Shown here piece by piece: positions 22,101-33,000 of a stretch of 64,000 nucleotides of DNA. Numbering within the stretch: position 1 is the first letter of the stretch; each line of letters starts with the position of its first letter. The notes below the pieces were generated by a model. The model saw only the letters and a program-made list of their open reading frames with translations. It had not been told where the DNA came from and searched no databases. Source of the stretch: Tubiluchus corallicola (lineage: Eukaryota; Animalia; Priapulida); NCBI GenBank assembly GCA_030141605.1, contig JAQGDQ010000219.1, positions 306,331-370,330 of the forward strand. Reading direction: 5' to 3'. The position numbers were made by a program, and so were the translations under genes.

Positions 22101-25100
22101 ATAAATAAAAATTAACTGGTTTGAGTTACAGACTGAGTATCTGTCACCAGTGAGTTATCTACATGAAATGCTTGATCCAGGCTCTATGTAACTGATATGC
22201 TCAACCACGTGCAGCTTTCAAGTTGTTCGTTGCATGCAGGTACTCATTTCGAATAGGAATTTGATTTGAATGATTTCCATTTTGGAAAGTACGTTATCCT
22301 CCCAAATGTGCCCTTTTTGCACAATCAAAGATTAATTAAAAAGGTGCCTAAACTTTCTACAAAAAATACAGTAATTTAGAACTTAGACACAATTTCATTT
22401 CTAGTTCGGCCAAAAATTACCAATTAAACATTTGCAAAATGCGAAATAATTTTTTTTGCTTATATACATTTTACAAGTTTCAAGACTCGGAGTTATTAAT
22501 GGACTGCACAACAATTTAGACAACAATTGTGCGTTTAATAAACCGTTAAACGTTCTTATGTTGATTGTCTACAAATCGGGACAATTGAACCACCTTGGGC
22601 TGAGGCGCATGTACAATTAGGCTCGTTTAACTGCACTTCGGCAATCACAATTGATCTGGTGTCTGCAGTTTTAGTTTTGATAATTAGTTTTAGTCTACCT
22701 CTTTAGTTTTGAGTCCATAGCCTAGTTAACTAAGCTGAGCATTAATATTGTCGGCTGAGTCCGTCCCTCACTAGCGACACTAACAGCTTCTGGGTGTGGC
22801 AGTGGGGTGTAATTTCATACATACAATCTCTAGTCATTTCAAAATTTATAATACTAGTTGTATTAAATGTTCATAACTTCAGAAACACAATTAGTTAAAA
22901 ATGCTCCAATTGCTTCTCGTAGCAAAGTTGACTTTCTATCAAAAACTCGCGAGTAGAGCGTTGAGTGGAAAAAGGGCATAACCCTCAAATTTAGGATCGT
23001 TAGGGGTAAGAAAAACCCTTTTTTGTCTAGGCCTAGAATGCTTATTTTCTTTCCAGAATGTTGTTACACTATCACTTTATTAAATTTTATTTTATAAAAC
23101 AGTCAGTATATAGCTATAACAAGCATTCAACCGAACTATAGTTCATTAACGCTTGAATTGTATGAAATGACCATTGTTCTCTTTTTATCAGCTAAGTAAT
23201 ATACATTAGGAATTATAAAACGGAACTATTATTATTTATTAAATCGAAACGTACGAAGCTCCTAAAGTTACGGAGCCGTTGAAATGGTTGTTGCAGTCAC
23301 TTTGCAGATTCTATGATTATGATAGTGGTCGTGGTAAAACCTAGACTGCGTTTCTGTTAGTTTGCTGGGATCTGACCCAGTCACCTAGGGGCCGAGCCTC
23401 AGATTTATATGTACATAAATGCTTTTAAATCAGGACGTAGATGACACTCTCATCGAGGTCCTGTCGTAACGTAACGAACCAACTAGCTTAACAGTGTCCA
23501 GCTTCAGCATTCAGCAGGTACTCAGGTTTCCTCATAACGTGCTAATGCAACCAAACTTGCAAAAATGCCTTCAACAGCAACCCTTTTACAACTAGATGCA
23601 TCGAAAACTTATGGAACGTTGCGGCTAAGCGTAACTCCTCGTTCCGATGATTATCAGATCTTCTATTAAAGAAGCATTTTATGTAGTAGATAACTCTGTT
23701 GTGCGCAACGGGTTGCCAGATTAGCTCAAAACAGTTAGTAGCTTGCAAATTTGCAAAAAATGATCACCTGCAAACTACAGGGAAGATGATGGCGATAACG
23801 GCGATGATGGTAACGATGCATATATAAACTAAATGAAAATTTGCAACGAAGAATTTTTTCTTAACCATATGTCGATAAATGTGGAATGAAAAATTCAGCT
23901 TCTACAACTTAATTTGCAACCTTGATATTACACAACACACTAGGTCGAGTTGAACCTAGCCAAAAGACATATTCGTATTATACAGGTGTATTTGGATTGT
24001 ACAGGTGTAGCGCTTCTACATAATATGCAATGTTTGCACTAGCATATTCTGCAGAAATCGTTATTGTAAAAGGGTGCACTTAATTTGTGACTATATGTTG
24101 TGCAATGGGCATAAAGGTAATTCAGTGCCAGCCTGCCTGAATTTCAGGTGATAAAGTCTATATGTATTACGTGCTAGCACCACAAGTTATCACGTAGCAT
24201 CATAAAATAAACACAAAACTCAAACAGTAACATGGAATCATAATTAAATAATAAACTCTGATGTACTAATTCACAGCTAATTAACATGAAAAAAAACAGG
24301 CTTATATAGTTTCACCACTAGATATAATGTTTCAACAAATAGCAACACAAGATGGTTGTACTCCATGACTTTCACTAACACCTTCACCAAGACGGCTACC
24401 AATATATTACCACCCATTTCATAATTAGTAACGGCGCTTGCAGACCAGAGAATTTTCTCATGAGAGTTCTCTCGCGAGTTACTCGCAGACAAGCTTTGAT
24501 CAGAGAGAACTCTCAAGAGAAAACCCTCTTGTCTAAACGCGCAGTAACTCGTGATATGACGCAGCAGAGAACGTAAACAAGTTGATTACGCAATATATAC
24601 ATATGCATATTATATATTATATACATATTATAACAAGAAAATTATTGTATGTTAGTGATATAATTATAAAAATCTTCATGGTATTGCGTACATTGATTTT
24701 GATATCATCAACAAAAATAATGACATCGCGAGAAGTTTGAACAAGGGTGGTAATCGTATAAATTTGGAAATGTTTAACAGAGCCTCAAAACAGTACGACT
24801 TTCTCTGAACACACGCAGTGTTGGTTTCCTCTCATCGGCCAGCATGGTCTGCACCACATTTTGGTACCACATGGGGTGGCAAATTGTAATTTTGTTTTCT
24901 TGAAAGGCAAATGTCTGTAGTACATGAAAAAAACTTTGAGAAGGCAAGCAACTGAGTAGCTAAATGGTAGTAATCACTGTCCGAAGTTGGAAGGTATGAC
25001 CTTTGGCCATGACTGGGAGTAAAAATTATCGAGTGAGAAAAATATAAACTGCGATATTTTTTTTTTGAAAGACTGTCTCAGTTACTACAAATGACCCTCA

Positions 25101-27745
25101 AAAGATTGGAAATTTTACTTCTTACGTAATTATATCATTTACGTGCCGAACTGTTAGTTAAATGGGCCGTCAGAAGTCAAATTCTGGGTTGTAGCTCATG
25201 GACTGCAGGTGTGCAATCTAAAACCTAAATGAGAGTTTTCACCATTGTTTCGCATCTGAGCTTTCTATTGTTTAGTAAATCTTTATCTCATTTATTAAAG
25301 TTCTTGCTAAGCTTTCATTTCTATTATCTTGAAGTCAGAAACAACAGTAAATTCTACAATAGTGATACAAACATCATGTAGAAGTTGCTCGACCTTCGCA
25401 TAGTAAAATCAGAGAGGTTACATTCTTGTTTCTCGACAATTTCAACCGAAAAAAGGACAAGCTTTTAGTTTTTTAGTTATCCAAACATCGTATTTTCAAT
25501 TACTACACAACTGTAGCAATCCACAAAAAGCAGCGTGCTTTCATACTTGGAGAAGAATTACTCACATGTGCGATTTGCAACTGAGAATTGCTGTGGAATT
25601 TACGTTGTGTTCATGCAGCTTCAGACTTTATGCAAATATGTGATAAAAATATAAAACTATCTGTTTGTTGTGAAGCCATTGTATAGTAAGACTGCAGTAA
25701 GCTATGTGCAATGAGTTGAAATTTAAGCAGTACTTCAGAAAGTGGTTCACGATAAAGTAAATTACTCATACCCATCTCATTTACAGGAATAAATTATCAA
25801 CAACTTGACGCTTTCCGTTATTTTAATTACGAACGAAAACCAACAAGATCTAACAATAAATTCGTGGAGACTGAAAAAACAATTAGTAAGAAAATTTCGA
25901 CTTGCGGAAATTCCGAAAGAAAATAACTTGAAAAATCTTATAGTTCAGTGATACTGTAAAATGATGCTGTTTGTCATGAAAACATTTATTGTAGCTATAA
26001 GGATTATTAGTTATAATATAGGTAAATGTGAAAAATATTAACTTATCTACACGTATAATAATGCAGTCATACCATGGAGATTTTGTAGAAGGTAGCTCCA
26101 TACAAAAATATATTCATGATTAGGATAACGAAGAGTGGCACTGTAGTAAACCATATTCCTGTTACTGTGCCAGTAACACCGTCAAAGTAACAACTGTAAT
26201 TAAAAATATAATGTAAATACATTAGATATTTTTACACGATTCGGCACACTGGAAGCTGGAATGTTGCACTCAGACCTATTGAATGTAGATGTTTGTGGCA
26301 CGGTCGGAGTTTGGCTCATCAAATTTGTCAAAAGATGGGCCACTGAGACTGCAGAGATGTCTCAACTACGTTCTGATGTATGCACACCCTAGTTCAATAA
26401 CTAGGATCAGCATGGCAATAGAAACATCCCAGAGTGAGTATCGAGCTTGGCGACCATAAGCCGTTCGGGAAAATCGGCAATGGAATAAAATGTATAATGT
26501 CTCAAATTATTGTTATTTATTACTTACATCTCATTTCATTGATCGGAAATTTTGTATTTGATCATAAGCGCAACAAGCAAGACATTTAGTATAATATAAG
26601 AGAAATGGAAAAACTTACAAAACTCCGTTTGGTCCAAATTGGTTCAGTATGGCTACCACAACCGATCCAGCAAATGGTGCACCGAATGCCCATGTTAAGA
26701 TCTTCCAGTCACTTCTTCCATAATTTAGTTGTTTGTGTAGAATGATCAGAACAAAGCAATTAATGGCTACCAAGTTAACCATTAGATTCTGAGCCGTGAC
26801 GAACTCAGATAACATAAAGCCAAATATGCTACATGGCAGTTTCGGTGGATGGTCCTAAAATTGGAATATTTGTAAAAACAACTTTTTTAGGTCTGTTTAT
26901 TTCAATTTAGACATTTAAAAGGATATTAGCCACTAGTGACACTATTTAATAACCAAGTAGCACTAACAATAAACAAAGCAAACCAAATAATTAACTAACT
27001 AGCTGATCGACTGACTAACATCTTAAATGTCTAAATGTCTAGCAATTAATCAAACCCAGATGGCCACCAAACGCCTACAGTAATTAGCCATTGCTCCGTA
27101 AACCCACCAAATAATCAGTCAGCTAAGCACCCAAAAAACCAAGTAAGTAATAAACGAACAAATTAACGAATCAACCAACTAAACTACTAACCAACTGAAC
27201 AACCAACTAGCTAACAAATCAACCAATTAATCAACCAACATATTTGGCAACCAACCAATCAACCAACCACTTAAGCAACCAATCCAAGAAGCAATCAAGA
27301 AAGTAATTAATTAGTTAGTCACAGAGTCAGAAACATAGTCTGTAGTCAGCCTCTAAGCCAACTAGCCTATCAATCAATCAATGAATCTACTAAAAAAGTA
27401 ACAACTTACCGCATCGTGCAATATATAAGCATGGTCCAGTGTGTGTGACACATTGAATAAAAAATCAGACAGCGCCAAATACACTACAAATCTTTCGCTG
27501 GGCGACCATTTGAAAAAGCTTTTTTTTCTATTAGCTTTATTTAAAAATAAGGATGAAATGATAACGGATAGACCACATACTGCACTAATTTGTATGCAAA
27601 TAAGAGCAAATACATGTAGCACATAGAATTTCAACGTGGTTTGTCCACATTCGTCCAGTCCATATAGAGGAAGTCTATAGCCGTCTGTTGCATCAGGATG
27701 AATACTAAGAAGTCTCTTCTCTGTACAGTTTAATTCCTCTGCCAT
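19196..27745 (-). CDS. Orphan 7TM G-protein-coupled receptor, GPR157/cAMP-receptor-like (non-DRY), 340 aa
   Basis: Exons 27745-27410, 26854-26619, 26193-26073, 19990-19792 and 19326-19196 are all GT-AG, phase-compatible and total 1023 nt ending in TGA. There are seven hydrophobic segments, including ERFVVYLALSDFLF (TM2), Cys at the top of TM3 (LPCSIFGF) and in ECL2 (FCYFD), KSAKTMMMFVAAFFIQWWP (TM6) and FSNIGGILNGTMYLII (TM7). The subfamily label comes from recalled motifs. Confidence 0.88.
20185..20505 (+). mobile_element. Decayed THAP-domain coding fragment (DNA transposon relic) in GPCR intron 3
   Basis: Translates SFLHFPNDKIVREQWIFRCDRREKKLIPS*HDNRICLRHFTDYGFE, then after a frameshift RKLKPSAFP. 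This matches the FP...W...CxxHF...LKxxAVP THAP signature, with stops. Confidence 0.75.
24432..24544. mobile_element. ~113-bp palindromic MITE (PIF/Harbinger/Tourist-like)
   Basis: Nested inverted repeats: TTTTCTCATGAGAGTTCTCTC / GAGAGAACTCTCAAGAGAAAA (1 mismatch in 21), with outer arms CGGCGCTTGCAGACCAGAG / CTCTTGTCTAAACGCGCAG. TAA flanks both sides. Confidence 0.7.
26980..27380. repeat. Degenerate tetranucleotide tract (AACC/AACT/AATC)n in GPCR intron 1
   Basis: Visible runs such as aaccaaccaatcaaccaacc, aactaact and aatcaatcaatc. Confidence 0.7.
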
Positions 27746-27844
27746 GTGATTCTTTCCTTCTGGCAGACAAAGGCTTCGAAGCTACTAATAGAAAGAAGCC
27801 CCTTTCTCCCCTCTTCTTCTCTGTAGCATTATTTAGTACACCTG

Positions 27845-27900
27845 GGAAGTGGGCGGGCACATGAGAATGCATAGTAGTCAAGACTACGCATGTGCGACTT
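27845..27900 (-). promoter_or_regulatory. Candidate GPCR proximal promoter (GC box)
   Basis: GGGCGG at about 27851 and CGCATGTGCG about 100-150 bp upstream of the ATG, in otherwise AT-rich DNA. Motif evidence only. Confidence 0.25.
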
Positions 27901-29689
27901 CCTAGAACCTGTCAAAAATTTTATTTTTGCAGCCTCTATTTTTATGATTTTTCGCGCAGTTGATTGAAGCAAATCTATAATCGACATTTCAAGCTTATCA
28001 GCGGACCAGGTGAATTAGATATAAGTACGTATGAACTATTAAATGCAATAAGAAGTATAAATTACATGTAATTTACATTATGTACCCTATATTTTCTGCG
28101 TTTGATATATTATAGTTACCAAATATATAATCGATCCTTTGCATCAGAATAAATTACCGAATGTCTTTAGCATTTGCCTAGTACAAAAAATGAGTGAATG
28201 TTATTTTTTCTTTGTGCATTTGCATGAATCTATATCATCTGACGGACTTGCAAAGGACGCCAAAGACACAATTATATATTTTCAGAAAGTGAGTGATTTT
28301 TTAATTTCGCGTACGGCATTTATTTGTTATACCGAAAGAATAATGATTAACAATTGATTAATGGTAAAGTGCTCCGACACGAAATTGTTCCAACTTTGTT
28401 TCATTCTCGCAACATTTAATTAACAAAATTCCCAGATTTTAAAAACGAATCAATTGCATAAACAGATTGTATGTTTTGTTACTTAAATCAAACACCCAAA
28501 AAGGTCAGATTGTTATTTTTGCTAATTCGTTGTGTGTTATTTAGAATAATTCAGCTTCAGTTTACAACTTCAGTCCCTATTTCGATTTTTGTTTATTAAC
28601 ATTCAAGGTATTTGAGCAGAATGTATTAAAACATTCAGCCAGTTTAATCCGGACTGCATTACCGTGGTTTCGATGTAGTGTAGCTATGGAAGTCATAAAA
28701 AATTGGGGTCCTGATTTCGACAGGCTTTCGTTTCACCATTACAGCATTCCGCCAGTCTATCATTTTGCTAATGCATTATTTCGCCAGTCTATTGTTACAC
28801 ACGAGTAGAATGACTATAATGTTTTCAGTACCTGTTCTGACAATTTTATTTTTCTAAAATCAAGATTTCGAAGTGAGAGAATTTTCACTTGATTATGAAT
28901 TGCTAAATATGGCGAGATCATGAGAGAGTACTTACAATTACAAACGTATTACGTAAATAACCGTACTAACACAACTTACATAGACTCTACTATATAATAT
29001 TATCTAAAGCTGAAACGTCGTGAAAATTAGATGCCATAACTGTTCTTCTTTGTGTAACTTTGTTATTTTAGTCAATAATGCGTATGAATTTTTACATGCA
29101 CTGACGGAGGAATACAATCCATGTTATATTTTTGAATGTATTTTATGGTTCATGGGTTCAGGAGTGTGGATAGCGAACCGAGCACTGAAGCTAGTATACT
29201 GCTAAGAGAAGTTATGCCATTGACAATTATTGACCATATACGGGACAGCAAATATATAATAACAGCAATAACGGTTGTGTAACGCATTCTAAACTGGTTT
29301 TCTGGACACTTTTAGTAAACTATTTTACGGTGTTGAAAAATTCCATAAAAATGTGTTCAGTAGTAATGCAATGAAGGACCAAGTGTATTCTCTAAGTGAT
29401 GGTTCAAAGGTAAGAGTTCAGTTCGTGCGCTGATGCTTTCTGCTCGGCTGAAAAAAATGAAGAGAAACTGCATACTTCTACACTTCTGTAATAACGTTAG
29501 GCAAGTGTATCATCATTCTCGTTAGAGATGGGAGTTAATTATTGTCTTTATATCACAGATTGTAAAAGTCGACCAGATAACACATCAACATAATACTTTT
29601 TGATTACTTGTCCAACGGACGAATATAGGTGATTTGAGGTCGGTTACTAGCAGACAGAAGAAGTCATTGAACAAAGTTGAATCCAGAGG

Positions 29690-30000
29690 AACTGCACATT
29701 TTTGAAATCTTTTGTCATCGTGTTTAGAAAATAGGAAAGTTGGCGAATCTGTGGGAGTTCAAAATTTTAGTTTACCAACAGAACAACTACATCACGATCA
29801 TTATCAGAATGAGGTCACTGGTTGTACAGAGAGATCTTTTTGTACACTTTGCTCATTTGTCAAACAACGCAGAAAGGTAAAAGCAACAAAATGACAAACA
29901 GACAAATTGAGAAGAATAAGAAAATAAACAATTTGCGTATAACTGACAAGGGTAAATGTTCCATTGTGATTCTGCCACGCTGGAGAGGCCGATTGAGAGA
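29690..30000 (+). mobile_element. Penelope-like retroelement relic
   Basis: RQIEKNKKINNLRITDKGKCSIVIL resembles the PLE-specific (A)DKG motif upstream of the RT core. It is preceded by RKLANL and QNFSLP remnants in other frames. Confidence 0.45.
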
Positions 30001-33000
30001 TTGTATGTCGTTTCGCAAGTTTTTATAATCAGGGTAAACTTTATGCAAACAAATTATTTCACATAGAAGCAGTCCTAGTGATGCCCTAGAAGAGCACGTC
30101 AGATTTGACGCAGTTTGACTACTTAATGGATAATTACAAATCGACTAAGCTGTACCGGGAAAAGAGATTGCCGATACGTTAAGGAAATACGCATAAGTTC
30201 AAAGCTAACATTTCTTGAGACACGCTCTGTTCGTTTAGCTGCTGTCTGCCTTAAATGAGACAATTTACAAACAATTCATTAAAAATATTGAATACGTTGT
30301 TTCAGTTTTAAGTGATATCAGATTAGTAACTATGATCCGTCTGAGTAATTATCATTAGCAGTATATCTTGGCATAGTTACTGTAACATTTCATGCAATTA
30401 GCACGTTCGTGTGCAGATGATGCTCTTTCTAGCGTGTATTTATTAACACGCAATTTCTTAGAAAGCAAAACTTATTTCAAACAGTAAGCATTTCATCGTA
30501 TTGTGGCTGATTTCTCACAAGCAAAACACATTATGCAAACAGCACTTCATGAGAGGTAGTGGTAAAGAAATAGAAAATTGAAAAGTAAGTAATAGTCGTT
30601 TAACTGTATATACTAAAGCAGCATTCGTATAAATGCCATTATTAGCGAAATTAATTAGCGTAACGGCAGAGTATATTATTGAAAATCAAACTATGATTGT
30701 TTGAAAAACATTCACGTTTTCACGAATGCTATTGAGTGACAACTTGCGTGCATTATATTTATTAATGTGAATTGAAAATCGGCTGGCTGAAGTATTTTCA
30801 GTAAGAAAACTTGCCAAATACACACAAATCAAGTTGAGCAAAACGAGCAAAATTGGATTTTTTAGCTGTTTAGCTGGAGTAGTTAGCACGGCATAGTCGA
30901 GTGCATTTGATTAGTTAGTTATATTCTGCAAAGCCATTGTTGATTTAAATAGATGTATCTCCTGTGGCCTGTGTAATGTTGAAAATTTTAATCGTAAGTT
31001 TCAGCTATTACTTGGTTAAATTTAATTCAGTATAATTTTTGTTGCTTCTTTTCAATCGATCCGTTATAATATCACTAACACTCAGTTAATGCTATGTGAC
31101 AAATATGTTATGTTGTGTTATGTTATGTTAGTAAGAGAATAATGTTTAGTAATCCTGTATACCAAGGAGTCAGCATGTGCAGGTATAGGCCAGATTTTTC
31201 GAGGATTTAGTACCATACTTCTAATCACTAAACTAGTAAATGGATACGTTACAGCCAAAGTGTGGAACCGGGCATTCTATTGAATGCCTAGGCATTTTTG
31301 GCGCGCCAAAACAAGATGGACAAACTGTCTAAAATAATTTCCTGTACTCTTTTCCTAGGCACTGCATACAATGCAAAGGTTTGTATATACTGTTCCTAAA
31401 TATTTCATAGGGTGTTGAATAAATCTTAGTTAATGTATAAAAAAATTGTCAGTTCCTTTGACCTATAATTTCTTTTTGGCATTTTATATAAAGCCAATTT
31501 TATTTTAAGGGAAAAATATGTTTTAACGTGTTTGCATATTTGTGGTAAATACAATTTATTCGTTGGCATTTTCTTAGGTCTAGGAATTAAAAAATGCCTT
31601 TTAATGTTATTCCTCTTCTGCTGTGGTAACGTTGATGACTCAGGACCACCAATTCTTGCATAAAACATGCGTTAACACAGAATGACGGCGTCGAGAGGTG
31701 CTATTTGAAAAGCTTTAGAATTTTATAAAATGTCTAAATTTTGCACATTCAATTTCGATAATCAGTCCTCCCTTCTCGTTGTCCGATTCAGTTACAGAGA
31801 AAAAGCATTGAGGATCTCAGTGAAAGAGCATGGATCTGAAGTACCAAAAGATTTTAGCAACGACTAATAGCGCAAATCCAGTCTATGGTAACACAATTGT
31901 ATAGTTTCCTGGTAAAAATGAAACGTGCTTGTTTTATCATTGGTTAAATTAGTACGGCTTTTTATCTTAACTGTCTAGTGCCTATGTTAAAAATTGGAAG
32001 GAAATATTTTGTCTAACTGCTTTGCCATTCCCAGGGTCGTTGTTCTAGCACGGACCCTACTCTAATTGAAAAAGAGAGTGGAGATGGAAATAAGGAAAGA
32101 GGCAACTGGACCGGGCAATTGGATTTCCGTCTTTCGTGTTTAGGATATGCTGTTGGACGGCGATTTCCATACATTTGTTACAGAAATGGTGGCGGTAAGT
32201 TATGTCAAAGATAGTAAGCTAAATTTTATAAGAACTCACTTACCTATTTGTTGTTTTATTGAACAACAACTCATTTACTCTTTTCAAAAAAATAAAATAC
32301 ATGTACTTTCAAAAAATATTTCAGAAATAATTGGTCTCCTCTAGTAAATATTGCCAAATGTAAGTGGTCTTAAACTATTATTAAATTAAACTGTTATATG
32401 AGGGTTAAATATGAGACAATGAAGTATATGATGATATGATTCAAAACATGAGATCGTTTGCAACCGTTTGCTTTTTCCTCGTTTCAGTTAAGGATATTTA
32501 GCCACGTTCGCTAATTTGCTTATTTTAAGAAATATAAGATAAACGCCACTCCGAATAAAAGCATTTTCATAAAAAAACAAAAATCCAGTATGATTAATGA
32601 AATAAAATGCAGAAGATGGAATCCAATTTATATTTAAATCACTGTCAGCAGAAGAATTGGGCAGCAAGATTAACAGACATTTATTTCAGTTTTTAATGAA
32701 AATACGTTTTTCGGAGTTGCTTTCATCTTATGTTTCTTAAACCATTCAGATGACAGAAGTTCACGGTCTGATTTGCTCGACATTGTCCTTCACAATTATA
32801 CATTTTAGTAAACACAGAGCAAATATTTTAAACATAACAGTTGTAAGTAAGATTCTGTTTACAGGCGCATTCTTCATTCCGTACTTAATAATGTTGCTGT
32901 TTGTCGGCTTGCCAATTTTTTACCTTGAACTGTCTTTGGGTCAGTTTGCCAGCCTTGGGCCAATCAAGCTATTCGGTGCTATAGCTCCATTATTTCAAGG

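Noticed and set aside
26225-26480. RTE-like endonuclease remnant (SWNVA, VDVCG) in GPCR intron 2
   Set aside because: Similarity is too short and weak to support without a profile search.
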